Shown here in pieces: positions 19,714-27,901 of a stretch of 47,617 nt of DNA. How positions within the stretch are numbered: the first letter of the stretch is position 1; every line of letters starts with the position of its first letter. This DNA comes from Chloroflexota bacterium (lineage in GTDB: Bacteria > Chloroflexota > Limnocylindria > Limnocylindrales > CSP1-4). The DNA is taken from contig JADGQI010000015.1 in the NCBI GenBank assembly GCA_017881905.1, forward strand, positions 1 to 47,617, given 5' to 3'. Under the pieces are notes generated by a model. That model had not been told where the DNA came from. It did no database searches and worked only from the letters and a program-made list of their open reading frames with translations. Position numbers and translations under genes: made by a program.

Positions 19714-19773
19714 ACCGTGGGTGGTTGGCCGCAGCTCTTCGGGGAGGCCACGAGTCTGGTCGTTCTGCCGGCG

Positions 19774-19998
19774 TCAATGACCGAGAAAGGGTCGTCGCCG
19801 CAGCCGCTCGACGATCCGATCGATCAGGCTGGGTGGCTCAGGCTCCGGCTCGCGATCGTCCGCGGGCTCGGTCGGCTCGTCGTGGTAGTCGTCGCTGAGG
19901 GTGCGCATCGGGACGGGGATCAATCCGCCGCCGCCGACATCCGGCGTGTAGAACGCCCCGGCATTGCGTTCCGCCCGCCTTGGCTTGGTTCGGGCCAT
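19774..19998 (-). CDS. hypothetical 74-aa protein
   Basis: Strong SD AAGGAGAG 4-6 nt upstream of ATG 19998. MARTKPRRAERNAGAFYTPDVGGGGLIPVP...acidic PE-rich middle...LIDRIVERLRRRPFLGH. Reasonable GC3. No family recognised. Confidence 0.4.
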   Translation of the reverse strand: MARTKPRRAERNAGAFYTPDVGGGGLIPVPMRTLSDDYHDEPTEPADDREPEPEPPSLIDRIVERLRRRPFLGH

Positions 19999-20344
19999 GC
20001 CGCTCTCCTTCGTCAGCGCAACGCTGCTCCGGTCAACATGTCGCGTCAAGAGCCGGTGGTCAGCCGCGGGCACCTCGTCCTCGAGGACTCCCGCGGGCCG
20101 CTCGCGGCTCACCGGCTCCAGCGGTCCGGGTTGTCGAAAAGGCTCCGGCGCCGGCAGAAGGCTGCCTCGGCGTATGTCGCACGATCGTCGTTGACCGCGT
20201 TCCGGCTCGCCGGCGGATCGAGCGGTGTCAAGCTCTCGCCACCCATGCCGACCGGCAACTCGTACGGCTACCGGTAACGGCGATCGCCGCGCCGTGGAGG
20301 CGTATCCCGAGGCCCGGCCGCCGTCCCGGCCTGGCATGGACAAG

Positions 20345-20384
20345 AAGAGACCCCGGCCGCCAGAGGCGCGAGCCGGGGTCTCTT
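20345..20384 (-). terminator. intrinsic-terminator-like hairpin downstream of the flp gene
   Basis: 13-bp perfect stem AAGAGACCCCGGC / GCCGGGGTCTCTT with a 14-nt loop. Followed on the minus strand by a T/C-rich tail (CTTGTCC). Begins 12 nt after the flp stop. Confidence 0.6.
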
Positions 20385-20396
20385 CGTCGGCGCTGA

Positions 20397-20600
20397 CTAG
20401 ATGGAATCGCCGACGGTGCTGAGGACCGTGCTGACCTGCCCGCCGAGGAAGAGCAGGGCGACGACGGCGACGATGGCGATAAGAGCAAGGAGGAGCGCGT
20501 ACTCGGCAAGACCCTGACCACGGGCCTGGATCCGCGAGCCGAGGGTCGTGCGGAGCGACTTCATCATCTGGCTCGCGTGGATCTGAGTGCAAAGGACCAT
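20397..20600 (-). CDS. flp: Flp/Fap family type IVb pilin precursor
   Basis: Leader plus G-XXXX-EY processing motif, then a hydrophobic helix: ...IQARGQGLAEYALLLALIAIVAVVALLFLGGQV. GAGGTGA SD 5 nt upstream of ATG 20600 (internal ATGs at 20567/20564 are alternatives). Confidence 0.8.
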   Translation of the reverse strand: MVLCTQIHASQMMKSLRTTLGSRIQARGQGLAEYALLLALIAIVAVVALLFLGGQVSTVLSTVGDSI

Positions 20601-20662
20601 CTGCGATCACCTCGTTCCCGTTGGGATGGCGGTCGATCTCTTGATGAGGTTCAGCGACCGTC

Positions 20663-20674
20663 CTGGTACCAATG
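20663..20674. repeat. copy 1 of the 12-nt direct repeat CTGGTACCAATG, containing the 8-bp palindrome TGGTACCA
   Basis: Exact match to 20787-20798. Lies in the unusually AT-richer flp-pepP intergenic region. Confidence 0.7.
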
Positions 20675-20786
20675 TCCGCCCGATCGGGCTACAACACCTA
20701 TAGGACTATCGGCCCATGCAAGTACTAGGGCTGAGCGTGAAACGACGGGCACGACCCCGGAAGTGGTGCCCCACGACACCGAGCCG

Positions 20787-20798
20787 CTGGTACCAATG
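20787..20798. repeat. copy 2 of the 12-nt direct repeat CTGGTACCAATG
   Basis: Exact match to 20663-20674, with starts 124 nt apart. Confidence 0.7.
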
Positions 20799-20922
20799 GC
20801 GAGATCTCCGTCCATGCGGACCTGAACCGCGCCAGGGCCGACCCATACCGTGACGTGTCTGAGCTCCTGTACGCTTTCGACGTGAGCCACTCGGGACCGA
20901 CTGTCAAGTTGTACGGCTACCC

Positions 20923-22155
20923 GTGACCGAGTCGCGGCTCGACCGACCGCCGCGGCCGGACGACATCGCCCCGGCTCCGACGGCCGCCGACCGGACGGCC
21001 TGGGCGCGGGCGGACCGGATGGCGCGTCCGACCCGGCTGGCCCGTCTCCGCGAGCGCCTCCTCGAGGCCGACGTGGACGCCTACTTCGGGGTCCGGAGCG
21101 AGAACGTCCGGTACCTGACCGGGTTCATCCTCGGAGACGGCGAGGATCGCGTCGCGGGATCGTCCGGTTGGTTCCTCGTCGGCTCGAACGAGGTCGTCCT
21201 GTTCGCCGACAGTCGGTATGCGATCCAGGCCGCGCGCGAGGCGCCCGGCGCTCGGATCGAGCCCGTGTACGGCGACCTCGAGAAGCGCTGGCCGGAGCTG
21301 ATGGCGTCGCTCGGGGCACGTCGGGTCGCGGTCGAGGCGGATCACGTCAGTCACGGGACATGGGAAAAGCTCGCGGCGGCCGCGCCGGATGTCGAGCTCG
21401 TCCCGGCCGCCGGTTGGGTCGAAGCTCAGCGGGCGGTCAAGGAGCCGGCTGAGACGGTCCGGATCGCCGCGGCCTGCTCGGTCGCGGATCTCGCGCTCGC
21501 GGCGCTCCTTCCAGAGATCCGGGTGGGGGTCACCGAGCGAGAGCTCGCCTTCAGGCTCGAGTGGCTGATGCGGACGGGCGGGGCGGACGGGCTCGCTTTC
21601 GATGTGGCCTGCCTGGCCGGCCCCGAGGCGGCATTGCCCCACGGGTCGCCGGGCGATCGCGCCGTGACCCGCGGCCAGGTCCTGCTGTTTGACTTCGGGG
21701 CGCAGATCGACGGCTACCGGAGCGACATGACCCGGACGCTGTTCGTCGGCGAGCCGTCCGCGCGCGACCTGGCGATCTACGAGTTGGTGGCCGAGGCCCA
21801 GGCGTCGACGATCGATGGTATCGCCGCGGCGATCCGGACCGGCGCCGCGTTGCCGAGCGGACGCGCCGCCGACGGTCTGGCCCGGGCCGTTATCAACGCG
21901 GCAGGACACGGCGGACACTTCGGCCACGGGACCGGTCACGGGATCGGGTTGGCCACCCACGAGCTGCCGAGCCTCGGCCGGATGGCGACCGACGAGCCAC
22001 TCCCGAGCCCGACGGTCTTCAGCGTCGAGCCGGGGGTCTACCTCGACGGCGAGATGGGCGTCAGGATCGAGGACCTCGTCGCGATCGACGTGGCTGCCGG
22101 GCGCTGCATCCGCCTCACGAACTTCCCGCGGGAAGTCGTCGTCGTCGACGGTTGA
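20923..22155 (+). CDS. pepP: Xaa-Pro aminopeptidase (M24B family)
   Basis: FDFGAQIDGYRSDMTRT, HGTGHGIGLATHE, VFSVEPGVY, GVRIEDLV (M24 metal ligand set). Start uncertain (GTG 20923 or ATG 21019). Confidence 0.88.
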   Translation: MTESRLDRPPRPDDIAPAPTAADRTAWARADRMARPTRLARLRERLLEADVDAYFGVRSENVRYLTGFILGDGEDRVAGSSGWFLVGSNEVVLFADSRYAIQAAREAPGARIEPVYGDLEKRWPELMASLGARRVAVEADHVSHGTWEKLAAAAPDVELVPAAGWVEAQRAVKEPAETVRIAAACSVADLALAALLPEIRVGVTERELAFRLEWLMRTGGADGLAFDVACLAGPEAALPHGSPGDRAVTRGQVLLFDFGAQIDGYRSDMTRTLFVGEPSARDLAIYELVAEAQASTIDGIAAAIRTGAALPSGRAADGLARAVINAAGHGGHFGHGTGHGIGLATHELPSLGRMATDEPLPSPTVFSVEPGVYLDGEMGVRIEDLVAIDVAAGRCIRLTNFPREVVVVDG

Positions 22156-22241
22156 CCAGCCCGCTCAAGGCCCGCTACGCCCGCGGCGAGATCGAAACGG
22201 CCGAGTTCCAGGTCCGGCTGCGTGAGTTGAGCGGGGAATAG
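22152..22241 (+). CDS. candidate 29-aa SHOCT-like mini-ORF or domain remnant
   Basis: TTG overlaps the pepP TGA (TTGA). MTSPLKARYARGEIETAEFQVRLRELSGE resembles the ARGEIT-EEF SHOCT motif seen at 42600-42690. Confidence 0.25.
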   Translation: MTSPLKARYARGEIETAEFQVRLRELSGE

Positions 22242-22245
22242 CCGC

Positions 22246-22251
22246 TACAAT
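22246..22251 (+). promoter_or_regulatory. -10-like box TACAAT upstream of efp (leadered transcript)
   Basis: TACAAT lies about 90 nt upstream of the efp ATG. AGGAG SD at 22326-22330. Confidence 0.45.
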
Positions 22252-22340
22252 CCGGCGACACACCCCCGGACCCGGTCGTCGACTCGGGACCACCGTCCGC
22301 CGCTCGGCTCGCGCCGAGCCGCCCCAGGAGCCCGCCCAGC

Positions 22341-22898
22341 ATGATCTCGACCGGTGAGCTGAAGAAGGGCGTCGCGATCGAGCTCGATGGCGACCTCTGG
22401 CAGATCCTCGACTACCACCACATCAAGATGGGCCGCGGCTCGGCGCAGGTCCGGATCACTCTCCGGAACATCAAGAAGGGCCAGACGGTCGAGCGCTCGT
22501 TCCAGGCCGGGACGAAATGGCCGCGCGCCTCGATGGAGCGTCGCCCCGTTCAGTTCCTCTACCGCGACGGGGACGATTTCTACTTCATGGACACCGACAC
22601 GTACGACCAGTTCCTCCTGTCGGCCGAGCAGCTTGATACTGCGGTCCACTACCTCACCGACGGGATGACGCTGGAACGGACGAGCTACCAGGGTGAGACC
22701 ATCGGGGTCGAGCTCCCGGTGACCGTCGACCTCGTGGTCACCCAGACCGAGCCCGGCTTCGCCGGGGACACGCAGACCGGCGCCCGCAAGCCGGCGACGA
22801 CCGAGAGCGGCCTCGTCGTCACCGTGCCGATCTTCGTCGAGGAGGGCGACACGATCCGGGTCGATACCCGGACCGGCGAGTACCAGACCCGGGTCTGA
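22341..22898 (+). CDS. efp: elongation factor P
   Basis: ISTGELKKGVAIELDGDLWQILDYHHIKMGRGSAQVRITLRNIKKG...FMDTDTYDQ. Typical length of 185 aa. Confidence 0.95.
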   Translation: MISTGELKKGVAIELDGDLWQILDYHHIKMGRGSAQVRITLRNIKKGQTVERSFQAGTKWPRASMERRPVQFLYRDGDDFYFMDTDTYDQFLLSAEQLDTAVHYLTDGMTLERTSYQGETIGVELPVTVDLVVTQTEPGFAGDTQTGARKPATTESGLVVTVPIFVEEGDTIRVDTRTGEYQTRV

Positions 22899-22908
22899 GA
22901 GGGCCGGG

Positions 22909-24366
22909 TTGACCGACCGCGAACCGCCGGACTGGGCTCTCCCCGCCTGGGACGCGACGGACGCACCGCCGCCGCGGGGGCGCGATGCCGGCGGCTCGGA
23001 GCCCCGCCCGGAGCCCCGCCCTGCGCCCGTCGAGCGGGTCGCGCCGGCGGGGACCTTCGGGCTGACGATCCTCGGGGTGTCGGACGTGACGCGGGCGGTT
23101 CGCGACGCCGTCCGGAGTGACGACCGCCTGCGCGACGTGTGGGTCGAGGGCGAAGTCGGCCGGGTGACCGTCTCGAGTGCCGGCCACGCCTACTTCACGC
23201 TCAAGGACGATCGCAGCCAGCTCCAGTGCGTCTGGTTCCGGGACGATCGGATGGCCTCCCCTTACGAGCCGCAGACGGGCCTCCGGGTGGTGGCCAACGG
23301 CCGGGTCGACGTGTTCGATGCCAACGGCGTCTACCAGCTCTACGTCAGCTCGGTCCAACCGGCCGGGTTCGGCGATCTGGCCCTCCGGTTCGAGGCGCTC
23401 AAGGCCCGACTCAGCGAGGAGGGCCTGTTCGACCCGGGGCGCAAGCGACCGCTCCCGGATCGCCCGGCGGTGATCGCCGTGGTGACCAGCGAGACGGGCG
23501 CCGTCTGGCACGACATCCGGAACGTCCTCGCCCGGCGCTGGCCGTTGGCGCGCGTCGTGCTCTCGCAGTGCCAGGTCCAGGGGGCAGGGGCGCCGCCCAG
23601 CATCGTCCGGGCCCTGGCCTGGGTCGACCGCTACGCCGAGCGATGCGTCCGCAGCGGACGGCCCGGCGACGCTCCATCGGTGACCATCCTCGCCCGCGGC
23701 GGCGGGTCGCTCGAGGATCTCTGGTCGTTCAACGATGAGACCGTCGTTCGGGCCATCGTCGGGCACTCGCTCCCGGTGGTGTGCGGCGTCGGCCACGAGA
23801 CCGACGTCACGCTGGCGGACTTCGCCGCGGATCGACGCGCGCCGACGCCGTCGGCAGCCGCCGAGATCGTCGTGCCCGACCGGGTCGAACTGGCCGGGGT
23901 GCTCGTGGCCGAGACCCGACGGCTGCGCGCCGCGGCCGCCCGGACCGTCGCCGCGGCCGCGCGGGACGCCGCGGCGGAGCGCCGGGCACTCGATGCGCTG
24001 AGCCCGGTGGCCCACCTTGCGGCGAGTCGAGAACGAGCCGGGTTGCTGCTCGATCGGGCGACCCGGGCGGTCGGGGTCCGCCTCGAGGCAGGTCGGGTCG
24101 GGGCCGGGCGGTCGGCGGAGCGGCTCCGGCCCGCGGTCGCGACCCGCCTGGCGACGGCTCAAGCGACCGTCGACGCGGCGGCCGCGTCCCTGGGCGCGCT
24201 CGGTCCCGCCGCTACGCTCGAGCGCGGGTACGCCATCGTACGGCGCTCCGCCGACGGTCGTATCGTGCGCGATCCCGCAGAGGCCCCGGCGGGGGAGGGA
24301 CTGTCGATCCGGGTCGCCCGGGGCGACGTGGCCGCGACGGTCGATCGCCCCGGGGGCCATCGATGA
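22909..24366 (+). CDS. xseA: exodeoxyribonuclease VII large subunit
   Basis: VWVEGEVGRVTVSSAGHAYFTLKDDRSQLQCVWF (OB fold), IAVVTSETGAVWHDI, ILARGGGSLEDLWSFNDE, GHETDVTLADF. TTG start with GAGAGGG SD. Confidence 0.9.
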   Translation: MTDREPPDWALPAWDATDAPPPRGRDAGGSEPRPEPRPAPVERVAPAGTFGLTILGVSDVTRAVRDAVRSDDRLRDVWVEGEVGRVTVSSAGHAYFTLKDDRSQLQCVWFRDDRMASPYEPQTGLRVVANGRVDVFDANGVYQLYVSSVQPAGFGDLALRFEALKARLSEEGLFDPGRKRPLPDRPAVIAVVTSETGAVWHDIRNVLARRWPLARVVLSQCQVQGAGAPPSIVRALAWVDRYAERCVRSGRPGDAPSVTILARGGGSLEDLWSFNDETVVRAIVGHSLPVVCGVGHETDVTLADFAADRRAPTPSAAAEIVVPDRVELAGVLVAETRRLRAAAARTVAAAARDAAAERRALDALSPVAHLAASRERAGLLLDRATRAVGVRLEAGRVGAGRSAERLRPAVATRLATAQATVDAAAASLGALGPAATLERGYAIVRRSADGRIVRDPAEAPAGEGLSIRVARGDVAATVDRPGGHR

Positions 24367-24521
24367 TCGGGGACCTGGTCGTCCTGGTTGGCATCGTCGT
24401 GGTGGCCGGAGCGGCCGGGATCGCCCTTGGTATGCTCCTGGCGCCGCGGATCGGCCGGCTGATGGAGCGCGGCGACGAGACGGTGACCCCCGAGGAGTCC
24501 GGTGACGATCGCCAGCCCTGA
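24363..24521 (+). CDS. candidate 52-aa single-TM protein between xseA and xseB
   Basis: ATGA overlap with the xseA stop. MIGDLVVLVGIVVVAGAAGIALGMLLAPRIGRLMERGDETVTPEESGDDRQP. Overlaps the xseB start by 20 nt. High GC3. Confidence 0.4.
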   Translation: MIGDLVVLVGIVVVAGAAGIALGMLLAPRIGRLMERGDETVTPEESGDDRQP

Positions 24522-24810
24522 TCCGACCGAAGGCGCCGGCGCGACGCCTTCGAGCGGGCCCGATCCGTCCGAGCTCACGTTCGACCAGGCGCTGGCCGAG
24601 CTCCAGCAGGTGGTCGCGGCCCTCGAGGCGGGCGGGACGCCGCTCGAGGCGTCGATCGCCCTCTACGAGCGCGGAGTGGCGCTCCACGAGCGGTGCGCGT
24701 CCCTGCTGGCCGACGCCGAGCTCCGGGTGAGCCGGCTTGTCGAGCGTGCCGGAGGCGCGATCGAGGCGCTCGACCTCAAGCCGGCAGACCAGGGCGCCGA
24801 CCCGCGCTGA
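24502..24810 (+). CDS. xseB: exodeoxyribonuclease VII small subunit
   Basis: LTFDQALAELQQVVAALEAGGTPLEASIALYERGVALHERC is the canonical XseB helical hairpin. Follows xseA. Confidence 0.88.
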   Translation: MTIASPDPTEGAGATPSSGPDPSELTFDQALAELQQVVAALEAGGTPLEASIALYERGVALHERCASLLADAELRVSRLVERAGGAIEALDLKPADQGADPR

Positions 24811-24877
24811 GCGACGGCGGCGCGCCGAGCCCCGCGCCGAGCCCCCGCGCCGAACCCCGCCCGCTCGACCTCCGGGG

Positions 24878-24883
24878 TAGACT
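24878..24883 (+). promoter_or_regulatory. -10-like box TAGACT, 7 nt upstream of the dxs ATG (leaderless candidate)
   Basis: TAGACTccgcccgATG. Confidence 0.5.
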
Positions 24884-24890
24884 CCGCCCG

Positions 24891-26984
24891 ATGACCATCC
24901 TGTCGGAGCTCCATGGTCCGGCCGACCTGCGCGGTCTCGACGACGCGCAGCTCGAACAGCTTGCGGAGGACATCCGCGAGGTCATCATCTCGACGGTCGC
25001 GACGACCGGCGGCCACCTCGGCTCGTCGCTCGGGGTCGTGGAGGTGGCCATCACGCTCCACCGCCTGTTGGAGTCGCCCCGCGATCGGATCGTGTGGGAC
25101 ACGGGACACCAGGCCTACCCGCACAAGCTGCTGACCGGCCGGCTCGCTCGGTTCGGCACGCTCCGCCAGCTCGACGGGGTGGGAGGGTTCCCGCGCCGGA
25201 GCGAGTCGCCCCATGACGTCTTCGACGGCGGTCACGCCGGGACGGGCCTGTCGATCGCCCAGGGGCTGGCCGAAGCCCGCGACCTCCGCCACAGCTTCGA
25301 GCGCATCGCGGTGGTCGTCGGGGACGCCGCCCTGATGAGCGGCCTCAGTCTCGAGGCACTCAACGACATCGGTCACCGCGGCACGCAGATGCTGATCGTC
25401 CTCAACGACAACGAGATGTCGATCAGCCCGACCGTCGGCGCGTTCAGCAAGTACCTCAGCCAGATCAAGCTGTCGCCTGCATGGCAGCAGAGTCGGACCG
25501 CCTACGATCGGGCGATCGAGCGCCTGCCCGTGGTCGGCGAGACGGCCCTCGAGCTGTCCCGCCGCTTCCGCAAGTCGGTCGTCAACTTCGCCCAGCCGGG
25601 TCAGCTGTTCGAGGACCTCGGGATCACCTACATCGGGGTCGTCCCGGGCCACGACCTCCAGGCGCTCGAGCGGACGTTCGCCCAGGCCCTCGAGCTGCGC
25701 GAGCCGGTCATCGTCCATGTGCGGACCCAGAAGGGCCGTGGCTACCGACCGGCCGAGACGGATCAGATCGGGTTCCACGGCGCGGCGCTCCCGCCGATGA
25801 CCGACGCCTACGAGGTCCACGGGTCCGGCTCGAACGGCGCCGGGGTGAACGGGCACGTCGCGAATGGGCAGACGGCAGCCGGAACGAACGGCGCGAACGG
25901 TGCAGGGCGTCCGTCGCACGATCCCGGCATGGCCGACGACGCCACGCCCGCGGCGCCTCGGCCGGATGCGCCCAGGAAGTCGCCCAATTACACCGCCTAC
26001 TTCAGCGCGGAGCTCGTCGAGCTGGCGAGGACCGATCGGCGCATCGTGGCGATCACGGCCGGGATGCCGACCGGGACCGGGCTGAACCGGTTCCAGGCTG
26101 AGTTCCCGGACCGGTTCTTCGATGTCGGCATCGCCGAGCAGCATGCGGTCGCGCTGGCGACCGGCCTGGCCATGGGCGGCGAGCGGCCGGTCGTGGCCAT
26201 CTACTCGACGTTCCTCCAGCGGGCGTTCGACCAGACCGTCCACGACGCCTGCCAGAACGACCAACCCGTCGTCCTGGCGGTCGACCGGTCGGGTCTCGTC
26301 GGCGAGGACGGGACGAGCCACCAGGGGATGTTCACGCTCCCGGCGCAACGCCAGATCCCGCACCTCGTCATCGCCAGCCCGAAGGACGAGCAGGAGCTCC
26401 GATCGCTGCTCCACACCGCGTTCGCCCAGGACCATCCGTTCGCGCTCCACTACCCGCGCGATCCCGGCTTCGACGTCCCGCCGGTCGCCCCCACGATCCT
26501 GCCGGTCGGTCGGGGGGAGACCTTGCGGGCGGGCGCCGACATCCTGTTCGTCGGGTTCGGACCGATCATCGCGCGAGGGATCGAAGCGGCCGACGCGCTG
26601 GCGGCCGAAGGCTGGTCGGTCGGGGCGATCAACGCCCGGTTCGCCAAGCCGCTCGACCGCGAGCTCATCCTCGGGGCGGCCCGCGGGAAGCGGCTGGTGG
26701 TGACGCTCGAGGAGAGCGTGGTGACCGGAGGGTTCGGCTCGGCGGTCCTCGAGGTGCTCGAGGAGGCCAGGCTGGCCGATCCCGCCTACCGGGACGTCGC
26801 GCTGAAGATCGTCGGGATCCCAGGTGACCGGTTCGTCGATCATGGTTCCGTGGCGGACCTGCGCGAGCTCATCCGGCTCGACGCGGACGGGATCGCCGCC
26901 CAGGTGCGCGAGACGTTGGCGACCCTCGGCCTGACCGCGCCCGTGCCGGTCGACCGACCGACCCCGGTCATCCGCGAGGCCTGA
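24891..26984 (+). CDS. dxs: 1-deoxy-D-xylulose-5-phosphate synthase, with an expanded interdomain linker
   Basis: [36 protein letters not shown]...LNDN (ThDP motif), [18 protein letters not shown]. Start at internal ATG 24891 of track ORF 24693..26984. Confidence 0.95.
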   Translation: MTILSELHGPADLRGLDDAQLEQLAEDIREVIISTVATTGGHLGSSLGVVEVAITLHRLLESPRDRIVWDTGHQAYPHKLLTGRLARFGTLRQLDGVGGFPRRSESPHDVFDGGHAGTGLSIAQGLAEARDLRHSFERIAVVVGDAALMSGLSLEALNDIGHRGTQMLIVLNDNEMSISPTVGAFSKYLSQIKLSPAWQQSRTAYDRAIERLPVVGETALELSRRFRKSVVNFAQPGQLFEDLGITYIGVVPGHDLQALERTFAQALELREPVIVHVRTQKGRGYRPAETDQIGFHGAALPPMTDAYEVHGSGSNGAGVNGHVANGQTAAGTNGANGAGRPSHDPGMADDATPAAPRPDAPRKSPNYTAYFSAELVELARTDRRIVAITAGMPTGTGLNRFQAEFPDRFFDVGIAEQHAVALATGLAMGGERPVVAIYSTFLQRAFDQTVHDACQNDQPVVLAVDRSGLVGEDGTSHQGMFTLPAQRQIPHLVIASPKDEQELRSLLHTAFAQDHPFALHYPRDPGFDVPPVAPTILPVGRGETLRAGADILFVGFGPIIARGIEAADALAAEGWSVGAINARFAKPLDRELILGAARGKRLVVTLEESVVTGGFGSAVLEVLEEARLADPAYRDVALKIVGIPGDRFVDHGSVADLRELIRLDADGIAAQVRETLATLGLTAPVPVDRPTPVIREA

Positions 26985-27070
26985 CCGCTCGATCGTCCGA
27001 TCGGCACCGAGATATGTCGCGGTGCAGCGGGCTGTGCCACGATAGCCCGGTGAGCGCGGAGATCGCCCCG

Positions 27071-27901
27071 ATGACCCGGCAGCCACGCCAGCGGCTCGAT
27101 CTGCTGCTCGTCGAGCGCGGTCTCGCCGAGTCGCGGAGCCGGGCCCAGGCACTGGTCCTGGCGGGCAAGGTCCGGGTCGGCGAGGGCGACGGGGCACGTC
27201 GCGACCTGAAATCCGGGGACCTCGTCGATCCGGCGTCGCCCATCACGGTCGAGGCCCCCGAGCCCTACGTGTCGCGTGGGGGCCACAAGCTGGCCGCGGC
27301 GCTCGATGCCTTCGGGATCGATCCGGCCGGCCTGATCGGCCTCGATGCGGGAGCCTCGACGGGTGGCTTCACCGACGTCCTTCTCCAGCGCGGTGCGCTG
27401 CGGGTGTACGCCGTCGACGTAGGGCGCGGACAGCTGGCGAACGCGCTGCAGCTCGACCCGCGGGTCGTGTCGCTGGAACGCACGAACGCCCGGACCCTCG
27501 GCCCCGGCGTGCTGCCCGAGGTCGTCGGGATCGCGGTGGTCGACGTGTCGTTCATCTCGCTCGGTCTCGTGCTCGGCCCGATCGCCCGCTGCTTCGGCCC
27601 CGCCGGCGGTCCGCTCGTGGCCCTGGTCAAGCCCCAGTTCGAGGCCGGCCGCGGGGCCCTGGACAAGGGCGTCGTCCGCGAACCGTCGGTCCACCTGGAC
27701 GTCCTTCGTCGCACCGTGGCGACGGCGCGCCGGCTCGGTCTCCCGACGAGCGGCGTCATCGCGTCGCCGATCCTCGGTCCCGACGGCAACCGCGAGTTCC
27801 TGCTCCATCTCGAGGTCGTCGATCCGGCCCGGACCGCGGACGCGGGGGCGCCCCATGCGGGGCTGACCGACGAGCGGCTCGTGGAGGTCGCCGAGGGATG
27901 A
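27071..27901 (+). CDS. tlyA: TlyA family rRNA (cytidine-2'-O)-methyltransferase
   Basis: [27 protein letters not shown] (S4-like), [28 protein letters not shown] (SAM motif), FISL, LVKPQFE. Start ATG 27071 (GGAG 9 nt upstream) is preferred over 27014. Confidence 0.88.
   Translation: MTRQPRQRLDLLLVERGLAESRSRAQALVLAGKVRVGEGDGARRDLKSGDLVDPASPITVEAPEPYVSRGGHKLAAALDAFGIDPAGLIGLDAGASTGGFTDVLLQRGALRVYAVDVGRGQLANALQLDPRVVSLERTNARTLGPGVLPEVVGIAVVDVSFISLGLVLGPIARCFGPAGGPLVALVKPQFEAGRGALDKGVVREPSVHLDVLRRTVATARRLGLPTSGVIASPILGPDGNREFLLHLEVVDPARTADAGAPHAGLTDERLVEVAEG

Noticed and set aside
20109-20246. 45-aa minus-strand ORF (MGGESLTPLDPPASRNAVNDDRATYAEAAFCRRRSLFDNPDRWSR) and the 186-aa plus-strand ORF 19717..20277
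   Set aside because: Neither has an SD, a -10 box at leaderless spacing or a recognisable motif. GC3 alone is not discriminating in this genome.
20577-20907. Track ORFs inside the flp-pepP spacer (20577..20825 +, 20651..20890 -, 20725..20907 -)
   Set aside because: GC3 is lower and the codon pattern is atypical compared with neighbouring genes. There are no start signals or domains. The region is better explained as regulatory or non-coding.
27014-27070. Upstream ATG 27014 / GTG 27050 as the tlyA start
   Set aside because: The extension ([19 protein letters not shown]) is not TlyA-like. ATG 27071 has GGAG 9 nt upstream and gives the family-typical N-terminus. This remains uncertain.
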